64,000 bases of DNA, from NCBI RefSeq assembly GCF_009914755.1, contig NC_060935.1. One strand, given 5' to 3'. Below the pieces are notes generated by a model. That model did not search any database. It was not told where the DNA came from and saw only the letters and a program-made list of their open reading frames with translations. Shown here piece after piece: positions 26,035 through 38,530 of this stretch. Positions within the stretch are counted from its first letter, which is position 1, and each line of letters opens with the position of its first letter. A program made the translations under genes and the position numbers. The DNA is from the human T2T-CHM13v2.0 reference genome, Homo sapiens.

Positions 26035-26227
26035 CAGACGATATAGTCACTCAGGCCCACAGCCTGAGTCACTCAGACACAGACAGCCCAGGGCTATAAT
26101 AAGAGAAGTTCAGGGACCTGAGGGAACGCTCAGAAGAGACACTCATCAAGATTTGAGGGAAGGTTATCGGGGTCAGGTCAGAAAAGGCTTTTGGCAGAAG
26201 CAACATCAAAGCTGAAACCTAATCTAA
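26035..26227 (+). repeat. Local direct repeat A', copy of 25024-25206
   Basis: Hand alignment of 26074-26227 to 25051-25206: ~12 mismatches and 2 gaps. Confidence 0.95.
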
Positions 26228-26376
26228 CCTAACCAAACCGCCTTGAGGTTTGAAGGCTGGTCTCATGTCCACCCTCTGCCCCACCTTCTGTCTCCACACT
26301 AGGCACCTCTGTTCCCATCATTTCCAGGATGATTTCTCATCCCAGGGTGAGATTTTAAACTAAAACAACCATTTCT

Positions 26377-27092
26377 ATAAGCAAAATGTTGCATAGCCAC
26401 AAAATGGAATAATAAGCCTCTGATAAAAATGGCTGAATAATAAGCCTTTTAAGAGAATGAAATTGGCACATGTGGAAACATGGATAAGCTTTGAAAACAT
26501 GACGCTAAGTGAAAAAGCCAGACACAAAAGGCCCCAGTCTGTAAGATCCTACTTATATGGAATATCCAGAGTAGGCGAGTTCACAGACAAGAAGCAGATG
26601 AGCAGCTGCCAGGGTCTGGGGGAGCGGGGATGGGGAGTGGCCGCTAACAGAGTACTGGTTTCCATCTGGGGTGATGGGAAAGTTCTGGAACAGGACTGTG
26701 GTGATGGTTGCACAACATTGTGAATGTACTTAATGCCACTGAATTATACACTTTAATATGGTCAAAATGGTAAATTTTGGCTGGATGCGGTGGCTTACAC
26801 CTGCAATCCCAGTACTTTGGGTGGCTGAGGCAGGGCTTGGGACCAGGAGTTGGAGACCAGTCCGGGCAACATAGCAAGACAGCATCTCTAATTTTTTAAA
26901 AAATTAGCTGGGCATAGTGGCACACACCTGTAGTTCTAGCTACTCAGGAGACTGAGGTGGGCATATGGCTTAAGCCCAGGAGTTTGAGGCTGCAGTGAGC
27001 TAGGATAGCAATACTGCCCTTCAGCCTGGGCAACAGAGCAAGACTCTGTCTCTTTAAAAAGGTAAATTTTATGTGACATATATTTTATCATA
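26377..27092 (+). mobile_element. L1MB 3' end interrupted by an AluJ
   Basis: GCTAAGTGAAAAAGCCAGACACAAAAGG...GGTGATGGTTGCACAACATTGTGAATGTACTTAATGCCACTGAATT. Confidence 0.9.
26779..27060 (+). mobile_element. AluJ
   Basis: Dimeric Alu; TSD GGTAAATTTT at 26769-26778 and 27061-27070. Confidence 0.95.
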
Positions 27093-29319
27093 TGTATGGT
27101 GAAAATCCCTACCATTTGTAAAATACTCTGGATCTGATGAGGCATTCTCCTGTAAGGTACTTTACACGGCCTAATCCCCCTCCCACCTGTTTTCATTCCC
27201 CTTTTTCAGATGAAGGAGCCAAGGCTCTCTTGGTCTGGGGTTGCGGCAGGAGCTGGGGTAGTAGGCTCAGTTCATCCGATCCAGCGACCTCGTTCTGGTC
27301 ACGGTGCATCCACTGAGGAGCAACACTGCCGACCTGATGCTCCTGCTCACAGGGGCGACGTGGGGTGACAATGGTGTGCTGCAGAACAACGTCATTTCCC
27401 CCACTTTGCAGTGACAATGCACGAGTGGGACGCTTGGGGCAGGAAAGGGTACAACCTTCTTACTCAAGAAACAGAACAAAAGAAAATGTGTGGCATTACC
27501 TCCTCCCCACATTAATGCCTGGGGCCTAGAGCCATCACAGGCGATGATGGAGGGGAGGTGTGGATGGGCTGTTTCCTGCAGCCAGGAGCATCCCCTGGAG
27601 AATGCCCTCCCTCGGGCCGGCCTGGGAGGAGGGTTCCCACCAGGCTTTCTCAAGCCCAGCACAAGTGAGTCAGGAACCATCTCCCATTGGTCCTGGTAAG
27701 GAGGAGATTTGGAGGAAGGACTGGGAAGCCTGTGGAGCGGGAGGGTACTGGGGGTGGAAGTGGAAGAAGGTGGCACAGTAACAGACTCCCTTCTCCTGAG
27801 ATTCCCAGCATGGAGTGGAGGGGCTGCCCTGCAGCAGCCCTTACCCCTTGTTACCTGGCAGCCTGCAAGTAGCTCTCAGGGCCAGCCAGGTGGTCACCTG
27901 CATCTGTTGGGGGAGAGAAGGAAAACAGATGCCCCGAGTCCTAGAGACTTGCATTATCAGCCCCTGGGTCCAACAGCAAGTGAGCTAAGCACTTGCAAAT
28001 GTTATCTGATGTATTCTTTATAAGAAGGGGTCACAAAACTGAGGCTTAGAACATGTAAGAGGGAGACAGGGATTTGAGCCTGGGTCAGCTATGTGAGGAT
28101 CTCCTGTCTGTCCCCGCTGGTTCCAATTCAGGTCTTTGAGTAAAAGGGTTGGGGATGAGCTTCAGGCAGGCTTGTGCCCTCCGGAGCCCCAGGCACAGGA
28201 CCTGCAGGCACAGGGCAGGCAGGACTACAGTCAGCATAGCCTGGCTTTGCCTGGGTCGCTAGGGCCTCCACCAGGCTTGGTTGCATACATACTCAGGCCT
28301 GGAGGCCTGCAAAGAAGCCAGCTCTCCCAGCATTATTTGTCAGGACTACTGACAAGAACTGGCGGACAGACCACTCTCCTCCTGACCTGCAGAACCCTGT
28401 CTTCAGTGAAGGGGCCTTTTCCAAAACTGTGCCCTGGTCTCAGTCTAAGGACATCTGCCCCCTTCCTAAGAAAGCCCGCCCTACAGGTCCTGTCTCACAG
28501 ACGGGGAAATGGCCACAGAGGGGTTACATGAGACACCCGAGGCCACATAGCTGATTTGACAGCCACAGAGCCCACAGGAGCTCACTCTGACTCCTTCGAT
28601 TGTGCTTCTCCACTATGCATAAAAATTTCTCACTGAGCCCATTCTTGGAAACTGGTCTCTCAGCATGTCAGCTTTTTCCCAAGGACCAAATGCAAAGCCC
28701 CGCGCGGCGCTGCACTCTGTGTTGTGGAGTCCAGGCTGGTCCACCCACCAACCAGCTTGCTGCCTGGAACTCACAGCCAAAGTCCCCACTTCCCTGGCCT
28801 GCAGCCACCACCCAGCACCATGTTTTAAAAACCAACTTGTAAAAGAAGCCACCCAACAGGAACCACTTGTGTCTCTCTCTAACTGTTCCAAATTCAAAGA
28901 CCATGTGGGTGTTCAAGCAGAAGCTGCGGTTCAAAGCCCAAGTTGCAGGTTTTGATAGAGGATGCAATGCAGAGCCATCCAGAATTTTTTACCTAGTTTG
29001 GCGTCCCTGAAAGAGTGGAGATGTCTGTTTCAGGACGTCTTTGTCAGTAGCCACTCTGAGGAAAGCTCTGCCCTGAATCCTGCAATGACCCCTTTTATCT
29101 AGATGAATCAAACAAGGCACTTACGCAGTCGGTGCCTCTCTCTTCCTGTCTGTAACACTGATGAGAAGAAGAAGACACACCTGATGCAAACCCTGCTCTG
29201 CTGGTCTCCAGGTCCATGGTCCAAGACAAAGCCCTTAGACGCTCAGAACCTGTTTCTCGTCCATAAAGTGGAGAAATTCACTCCTGCGGACTTTGCTGTG
29301 GTTGTCTCCACAGACTCCA

Positions 29320-29790
29320 TGCTCCTTTATCCTAGAAACATCCTCTTCACTTTCTTCTGGGTCTGATGGACCGACTCCTTCCAGGAGTTACAGGGCTGGC
29401 CTTGTGACCCGGTTCCCACAAATCGACATATCCCATCCCTCTGGCCACAATGATCAGTTCACAGGCAGGCCATATGCACCGAACTCATTTCCAGGACATT
29501 TATTGGAAACGCTGATCATTTGCAGTAAGGATGACCTTAGCTTGGAGCTCTTGGGGTCACCCTAAGGAAAGAACTTGTCTCAGAGTTAAGCCAACAGGGA
29601 GGAGAGTAGGGCTGAGTGAGGAAGGGAGATGGACAGAGGGGGAGAGAGCGAGAGGGAGACAGCGTGTACCCAGCGGCATTATTTGACTCCCTAGAACCAG
29701 CTGTGTTTGAAGCCAATTCTGACTCCCCCATTTATTATTTACATGAACGAGTTGAACTGAATTTTTGACACTAACACTGAAATGATGCTC
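29320..29790 (+). mobile_element. LTR16-like ERVL LTR
   Basis: CATCCCTCTGGCCACAATGATCAGTTCA...CTAGAACCAGCTGTGTTTGAAGCCA. Confidence 0.55.
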
Positions 29791-30149
29791 ATATAATAGG
29801 TTTTCTGTTTCATGTTGTTTTCTGTGAGGCTTGGTTGAGATAATATAAGCAAAAGCACTTAGCACAGTGCCTGGCACACAGTAAGCCTTCAATAAATAAT
29901 GACAGCTATTATGGAAAGCAGATGAGACGATGAATGCAGACACACTCAGAAAGGCATAAAGTGTTGTATAAAAGTAAGGGGCTCGTCATATGTTCCCCTA
30001 AGATCTATATACCTCATGTGGCGGCTTTATTGCCCATTCTCTCCTTCTCTAAATATTTCATGTGCCCAATTAGACCGTGAGAACCGCCTGGTGGGAACAA
30101 TGGTCTCTATTCCACTTTAACTTTAACATATTGTATTCTATAGCATGGT

Positions 30150-30460
30150 TGTCAAGCACACAGTGGCGGAGCAGGGGAGTTAGGATCACAATGCCTAGAC
30201 ATCTGCCTGCATTTGCTGGCTCTGCCCCTGACTAGTGGAGTGGCCTCGGAGGGGTGACCTCACTAGCCAGGTCCCAGTCTTCTGCTCAGTAAAGTGGGGC
30301 TGATGCTAGTACCTACCTCCTTTAATGTTTATGAAGATTAAATTAGTGAACTTAATGAGTTGATTGAATTACCTGCAGCTATTATTAAAATACTTGTAAA
30401 GCATAGATAACAGTGCTTGGCACATAGCAATCCCTATGTAAGTGTTTGCTACATAAACAA
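30150..30460 (+). mobile_element. MIR
   Basis: TAGTACCTACCTC...TGAAGATTAAAT...CTTGTAAAGCA...CAGTGCTTGGCACATAG. Confidence 0.75.
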
Positions 30461-31158
30461 CTTCCAATTGTTTTATTACTATAATACACTTATTCAATAT
30501 TCAAAGGATATACCAGCCCTTCTTTAATGTTGTGATGAAGAAGACAAGTCCCTGCATTTAAATAATAACTACCACTTATTTATTAAAGTGCATACTAGGT
30601 CTCTTCAGTTTTTAATTCTCACACTCCAACTATGCACTTTAAAGCTGCAAGTAAGCAAAGCAAATGTATTACTTTGCAGTTGAGAAAGGAGAGGCCCAGA
30701 AAGGCTACAAGGTTTATTCAAGGGACAGAGCTTGCTTGAAACAGTGTGGAGGAGAATCCAGGCCTCTGAAGTCCAGACCCAGCAGCCCCTACCCACCACA
30801 CAACACGGCCTACAGAGATGAGACATAAGCAGATGGCCAAAACCCATAAACATACACAACTGCAGCTGCACAGATTCCTTCCTTCCTTTAACAAATATTT
30901 ATTTAGCACTGAAATATGTGCAACTGCCAAGAAATTATGAAATGGACTGCAGTGAAGCAGAACCACTTTCCAACCTGTTGCTTTGTTAAACAGGTAGTGT
31001 AGCTGCCTTTCATTCATTCATTTGGTAAATATTTAAATATTTATGGTTGCCAAATACTGAGGATAGATATGGTGTCAACAGAGATTAAAATATTGTGGGT
31101 TTAGGTATGTAATAAGTTTTCAATTTTGAACCAACAAATGAATCATTGTAAGTACCAA

Positions 31159-31325
31159 TGGGTGGAAATGGATGGATAAATGGAAGGATGATTAAATAGA
31201 TGGATGGAAGGATGGACGGATGGATAATTGGGTGGATGGGTGGGTGGATGGATGGATGGTTGGATGGATTGATGGATGGATGGATAAATGAGTGAACGGA
31301 TGGATGCATGGATGGGTGGGTAGAC
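31159..31325. repeat. Degenerate (GGAT)n
   Basis: Directly visible. Confidence 0.95.
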
Positions 31326-32090
31326 AGAGAGGTTTTTGCAGAGACATATATGTCTTTGAACTTTGTGCAAAGAAGATTGTACAATTGTCTTCCTTTGATG
31401 TTTTTCTCCAAAGGATTTGATATGTAATGTGAGAGATTGAATCTGGTAATTTAGGAAATGGAAGGAACCTAAGAGGTCAGGAAATCCAACTCCCTAACTT
31501 TATAGATGAGGAAAGTGGCGATGGAGATCACGTATATGAATGTTTGGTTCTGTGACCTACATTGTGAACATAGCCATTTAGTAACATAGATTCCAATCCC
31601 TTGAATGGAATCCCTCCTAGGGAAATTGTTTCATCCCCAGAAGCACTTCCTGACCCACAGAAGCCATGCTTCAAGAGGGCCACCCTCAGAATGTGCTTGT
31701 CCGGGATGGTTGATCAGGCCTTTTTCCCTGAGGACAGGAGAGGGTGACTGAATCCTGGCTAAGGACTAAAAGATCATCGGATGAGTCTCAGAGCATCAAT
31801 TTATAAGGCTGCTAATAAAGTCCATCTGCTTGCAACAGGAGCCCGCCTCTGCGTGTGATTACTGCTCAATAATTGTTCTCGAGGGAAAACATCTGCTGCT
31901 CCCATCCCATTGCTGTTGTCGTCTCCTATTTGTCTCACTCCCATGCGTGTCCCATCATGGCTGGGCTGGTATGCTGTGGCCAGGCAAGATGCTGCAGGAG
32001 CTCTGGTTCCCTCTTTTTTCATGATGGTCCCCTGTCCTTTTGTCCCTTTGTCCTTTCCCTCTCTGACCCAGCTGTGTTCTCTGTTGCTTC

Positions 32091-32521
32091 TTTTTTTTAT
32101 TATTATTATACTTTAAGTTTTAGGGTACATGTGCACAACGTGCAGGTTTGTTACATATGTATACATGTGCCATGTTGGTGTGCTGCACCCATTAACTCGT
32201 CATTTACATTAGGTATATCTCCTAATGCTATCCCTCCCCCCGCCCCCCACCCCACAACAGGCCCTGGTGTGTGATGTTCCCCTTCCTGTGTCCATGTGTT
32301 CTCATTGTTCAATTCCCACCTATGAGTGAGAACATCCGGTGTTTGGTTTTTTGTCCTTGCGATAGTTTGTCCAACAATGATGGACTGGATTAAGAAAATG
32401 TGGCACATATACACCATGGAATACTATGCAGCCATAAAAAAGAGTGAGTTCATGTCCTTTGTAGGGACACGGATGAAGCTGGAAACCATCATTCTCAGCA
32501 AACTATCGCAAGGACAAAAAA
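32091..32521 (-). mobile_element. L1PA (about PA3-PA5), 5'-truncated with 5' inversion
   Basis: Antisense 3' UTR at 32091-32369, then sense ORF2 end at 32370-32521 (WIKKMWHIYTMEYYAAIKK); 15-bp TSD TCTCTGTTG(C/T)TTCTT at 32078-32092 and 32522-32536. Confidence 0.97.
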
Positions 32522-35500
32522 TCTCTGTTGTTTCTTGCCCATTTTGTTCCATAGCTCAGGAAGCATCTATCCTGATGCCTGGGTTGGGTTGGGTTTCCTG
32601 AACTCTTAGGTTCCTTCCATTTCCTAAATTACCCGACTCAATCTCTCACATTACCTGTCAAATCCCTTGGGGAAATACATCAAGGGAAAATAATTGTATG
32701 GTCTTCTTTGCACAAAGCTCAAAGACTTAGGTGTTCCGGGAAAAACCTGTCTGTTCGTCCATCCAAAAGTATCGGACCATCTCTCCTAATTTTCTAGTAT
32801 ATATTGAAACCTCAATATTTCTGGCTCCCATGCTGACATATACCACTAAAGCATACCTTGCTGCATTTAGAAACTATTCTAGTTTTTTTTTTATTTTCAA
32901 TGAGATAATATTATGATCAAAAGAATTCCACTGAGACTCATAGGTGATAGTGGTAATCACAACAGCTTACCAGACAGGAGATAGAGCATCTAATCCCTGA
33001 AATGTCGTTGCAGACCACCAAGGCTACTGTAGAATTCTTGAATGCAATTTAATTGCTGGAAGGCAGTGAAATTCCTCATGCTTCCCTGTGGAAGCAAAAC
33101 ATCAAATGAACACAGGTTAAGAAATGCAAACCGATCCACCTGCTGTCCTCTTCAAATATTTCTAATGATTTTTCTGATGCTTTGAACTGATTTAACCCAA
33201 AGTGCATTTGGCTCCTAAACAGTTATTCCTTTGATTTTTAAACTGAGGTGTAATTTAATTCAGATTCCCAACTGTCTTCTGCTTCTAAATACAAAGCTGG
33301 AAGCCAAAAGCCTTCAAATCCAGTGGTACTACTTTTTTCCTTAGGACAAAATATTATGTTTTACTTCTGTCCAAAGAACAAGACCTAACTCAGGGAGGAA
33401 AATGAGCAAAACTGCAAAGCCTCAGGGACAGAAAGAAATTAGGTTGAACCTGAAGAAACCAGGCATGGGACACGAAGGGACTTAACTGGCAAACGGGAGA
33501 TGGAGGCTATTCTAGACCCCTGGTCTGGCCTTCCTTCAGGGTATTCCTGTTCCTTGACAGCTGATGGACGGTCTTCAGAACACTGAGAAACATAAGAAAG
33601 ACTGAGGATCATTAAGGAAGATGATTAAAAACTTAGCCCATTCTCCTGCACTTGTTTTCGTCTCTGGACCAGAAGATAAGCACCACAGCCAGTCTGAGGT
33701 ACACTACATCTCACCCAGGCAATGCCCCAAAATAATCATCGCTTCACTGGCAAGGCAGGCAGAGGAGAGGAAACACACGTGTAAAATGGATGAAAGCAAA
33801 TACTAAAAAAGGAAGGGGATGCCAACCTGAATTTGCAATGTCCAGCTTCTGGTGTGATCCCCATTCTACTAACTCCACTGATTTGTATTGACAAGCCAGA
33901 GTATTTGTTCTCAGTGCAAGAGCTGCCCTGCAACCACATTCAGAACTGTTTTCAGAGCCTGTGTCCTTAAATGTTCACAGTATTTTTATCGAACATTAGG
34001 AAAGCCCTTGGTAATTTGCAGCAATTTAGTATGCTTGCTTTGCTTTTAGAAAATCCACAGCAATTCAATAAACACCCAGTCACTGTGGCTGTTAACACAC
34101 ACACACACTGTCTCTCTACAGCTGCCTGCCAGCTGTCACTCCAGGAAAGCGAGCCATCAGAGCCTCCCCTAACTCTGTGACCCTCACTGTATCCTCTCTT
34201 CTATCTAATGTGAAGAGCATCCCCAGAAAGCCATGTCTCCACACACACAGTCCCCATTCCCCTCATCTCCAAGGTGCTGGGAAACCCAGGTCACAGAGAT
34301 GACTGGGGTGGGCCCATTGTGTGCCCCAGCTTGGCCTCACTTGCCTGCCAGGTGCCATCTGTTGCATTGCGAGGGTTGAGCAGGACCTGAGGAGAAGGAT
34401 CCACCTCTCCATCTGCTCTCCTTGGTACAAGCTCATTTGTTCACTGAGCCTGATCCCACACACACTCAAACAAAGGCAATAATCTGGACTACCACCAAAG
34501 CCTGCTTCTTTCTGCTGGTCCCTAAGTTTAATTACTGGCTTCAAATTCCGAATAATGTTGTCTTTACCTATTTTCCCCACTTGTCCTGATGTTCTGGGGA
34601 TAACCACAGAGATTCTCCCTGAATAAATGTTCTACTATTTACCCCTTTACCCTTTAGATAGTGTCTAAACTATCTAATAATATCCACAGTCATCACCATG
34701 TCAATGAAATCTGAGCTCTGATAGAGGCCTACCGCTTCTGAGGCCAAGACCATGTCTTTCATGCCCCATCCACACATCCTCAGCACAGGGCCTGATATAT
34801 AATAAACACTTAACAAATATGTATTGACTCTGATAAATGATGTAATTTATTATCAAGCAACATTTTCTACATGACTTAGGCAGTAGAGCATAAAAGGCTG
34901 TGTGACTTTTGCATCTTGTCCCTTCACTGAATCCAAACCAAACATCTTCCTGGAGATCTCTATGGGTGGCCTTTAGTACCTCTGAACTCAGTTAATCTTA
35001 GTACTGTCTCTGAAGAAGACTGAAAGTCTAAACACACCCCAAGTAAAGGAGGTCATGCCCATTCGATGCCATGTGTCCCCCAGCCAGCCACCCATTCACT
35101 GGTTTTCACCTGGCCATTGTTACTAATTTGCAGTGACCAAGAGACTAGAGAGAGGCATCTGGTGATGGTAGCCCTAGAGGTGCATCCTCTTTGCAGCTTC
35201 TACCTGCATTCCTATCTCTGAGCAAACATGGTATAAAAACTAAGGCCTGTGCAAATCCAGTCACCTGCTCCACGCATCTTCAGCAGTCCCTTGGCACAGA
35301 CGCAACTGCTTGTCTCCCAAGAAGCAGTCACCTCTCACCCAGCTGGTGCCCTCTAATACTAAAGCTAGAGTAGCATCCTCTAACTGGGCCCCCACCTCCC
35401 GACCAGCGTTCTGGGAACTCCAGAGTCTGCTCAGGCTCGCTGCCCTACACAGCCAGGATCCTCTCCAGGCCAGAAACCTTCCCAGCCACAACAGCCTTCA

Positions 35501-36785
35501 GCAAGGAGCCAGCTCCTTTACTGAGCTGCATCATGTTTTGTGTTCAACGTACTGCTTCTCAGCTGCAGGTGCACATTGTGATTGACACCTGTGACGTACG
35601 CCAGTGTCCCAGATGGTCCCCACCCCAACACCATCCTCCAAAACAGCACATCCTCCTGATGGCTGCATGTCATCGCAGCCTCTGACGAGCCTTGTGCCAA
35701 GAAAGGGATGGGACAAGAATTTTAAATTGTGCTTCCTGAATCTGTGGCCTGGATCAGAAGTCCCTAAAAAGGCACTTTCGATAAATTTATCCAAAAATCA
35801 CAGGCAACAAGGAGCAGGGTGAGGACACATCCTCCATATGTGTAATGATTTATTAAATATTTAAAGTTGCTGCATAGAATTAAAAGGCCAGGTTATTTAT
35901 TTTTGCTGGGTTGATCAATCATTTGTTTCCCTAAAGAATGCCAGACCTTTAACTACTCATCTGATCATGTCTGTAACAACCACATTGCTGCTACCCCAGT
36001 ACTTAATACTTCATCCACACGGCTCCCGAGCAGACCAGGGGCTGCATGAGGCTGATTCTCCAACGGGACTCCTATTTGCTTTGAGGAGTCATTTTTCCTA
36101 CCCCCATTGCACTTAGCTCCCCCTCCCCAAAATTAAAAGGTAAAGAAGAGAAATGGAATAATAACTGTTTATTTCTTTTTCTTCTCACTTCAAATGGGAG
36201 ATTTACTTTCAAAAACCCCATTAAGGGTTTGATGTGTTTGCTGAAAAACTGCTGCTGAGTTAAAAAGCACCAGCAAATTACATTGGCCTGCAGCTTCCAG
36301 TGGCTGTGAGGCTTCAAGATAAGGCAGAGTTCTTGTCTCCGCTGCAGTGGTATGGTTTGAATTGATACCAGCCAAGCAGCAATTACCTTTCCCATGTTGG
36401 GTGGCAGGAGGGATTCTATTATTTGTTAGTCTCAATGATAACGATAAACAGGTGTTAAGTGCCTGCAGGTAAACTAGACATGGTACAAGGACAACTGCCC
36501 TCAAGTTGCTTCAGCCTAGAAGGGACAAGGCAATGAATCTGTCACAGATTTGGACTCCCAGGCTCATCTGAGATTTGGCGTCCACTCAGCAGTGGTTATT
36601 TCCTGCGCTGTCACACACGTTTGTTATTGCTGATTATTTGGTCTACGCTGAAGCCTACCTCTATATTGATGTGGTAAAAAATGGGGGAGGAAAAATTCTG
36701 GTCAAATAAATGCTATAAATAAGATAAATCGTACAACCATAGGGGAGCCCACATGATTTAAATATTGGGCAGCAGGCACTGGCAT

Positions 36786-37455
36786 TCCTGTAGTCCACTC
36801 AGGCTGCTGCACCAAAATACTGTAGGCTGGGGGCTCTAAACAGCAGCCATTGATTTCTCCCAGGTCTGGAGGCTGGGAAGTCCTAGATCAAGGCGCTGGT
36901 AGATTTGGCATCTGGTGAGGGACCATTTCATGGTTCTTAGATAATGCATGCTTGCTGTTCCTCACATGGCAGAAGGGACAAGGGGTCTCTCTTGGGCCTC
37001 ATTTTTTTTTTTTTTTTTTTTTGAGATGGAGTTTAGCTCATTACCCAGGCTGGAGTGCAATGGCAGACCTTGGCTCACTGCAACCTCCGCCTCACAGGTT
37101 CAAACGATTCTCCTGCCTCAGCCTCCCGAGTAGCTGGGATTACAGGCACCCACCACCATGCCCGGCTAATTTTTGTATTTTTAGTAGAGGCAGGATTTCG
37201 CCATGTTGGACAGGCTGCTCTCAAACTCCTGACCTCAGGTGATCCACCTGCCTTGGCCTTCCAAAGTGCTGGGATTACAGGTGTGAGCCATTGCACCCGG
37301 CCTTGGGCCTCTTTTAGAAAGGCACTAATGCCATTTATTCAGCTCCACCCTCATGCCCTAATTACCTCCCAAAGACCCCACCTCCTAAACCACATTGGCA
37401 GTGAGGATTTCAACATATGAATTCTGGGGTAGATAAATACATTCAGACCATAGCA
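36786..37455 (-). mobile_element. MLT1A-like solo LTR interrupted by an Alu
   Basis: CTGGAGGCTGGGAAGTCC...CATCTGGTGAGGG...GATTTCAACATATGAATT...CATTCAGACCATAGCA. Confidence 0.9.
37002..37302 (-). mobile_element. AluS (Sx-like)
   Basis: Poly-T, full dimer, GACCTCAGGTGATCC; TSD TTGGGCCTC at 36992-37000 and 37303-37311. Confidence 0.97.
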
Positions 37456-38059
37456 TGCATAATCTAATTCTATGGGTCAAGGGAAATTTTATCAAAGGCT
37501 ATTAGACACTGTTCACAGCCATGTCTAGAAGCAGAGGTCTTTGATTATATTGAAGCTGGAAGGGGCATTTTAGATTTAACATGTTCGTGTTACAGATCTA
37601 GAAATTGAAGCCCAGTAAGACTTAAGAGTATCTGAGTGTTTCCATAATGCTCATGACCCATGTGTAACCTTCCAGCTGTAGGAATAAAGGAGACTGAACC
37701 TTTGTAAGACAGTTTGAGATCTTCATTCAGAAACACACATGAACACACACATAATCCACAGCTTTCTCTCTTCTTTTAACTTAAGCAAGCTTTCCCAGAA
37801 GTCAGCATAATCATCTGCCTTGGACATACTCTCAATCTAATTAAGATGATTGGCTTAGGAAAAAATATTACAGGACAAAAATCCACTGACCTATCTGTTA
37901 AAGGGGATAGCATGGGCTCTAAGGGACACGCATAACACAAGGTGTGCAGGCCCAGTGAGGGTGATCCGGAAGGCAGATGGTGGGGAAACCACACACTGCT
38001 GACCAGGATGTGGCCAGACATCCTGACCACCATCAACAACACGGCAAGCTCTCCCTGGC

Positions 38060-38530
38060 TGCCGAGGGGGCTTTGAACTGATCTCTCCGCTCCTACTCTG
38101 ACCCTGCACCCCCCTCCCCTTCTAATCCATTCTCGATAAAGAAGCCAGAGAACTTCCTAAAACGTAAATGAGATCACATCATTCTCCCACTTAAAACTCT
38201 CCATGGCTTCCCATTGCACTTGAAGTAACTCCTTACTACAGCCTCCAGGGCTGTTCATGACCTGGCCCCAGAAACCCTGCCAAGCACAACACCAACCTTG
38301 CTTCTCCACACTCACCTTGGTCCACTCTGTCCCTTAAGCACCCAGGGAGGCCCATGCAAGAGGCTTTGCCATTTCTTCTGCCTACAGCACTGATTTCCAA
38401 GAACATTTCTCTGACCACCTCCTGTTCCTGTTCCCTCCGCCACAGCACCCTGGCTCATTTTCCTTTACATCACACTGACTGTCTAAATCATCTCCTTCAC
38501 TTACTTGAATGTTTATTGTCCTTTTCTTGT
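38060..38530 (+). mobile_element. L2 fragment
   Basis: CTAATCCATTCTC...GATCACATCATTCTCCCACTTAAAACTCTCCATGGCTTCCCATTGCACTT. Confidence 0.75.

Noticed and set aside
32326-32601. ORF matching the L1 ORF2p C-terminus (similar remnants at 47316-47624, 62568-62849 and 10037-10312)
   Set aside because: Truncated retrotransposon remnants, not functional genes
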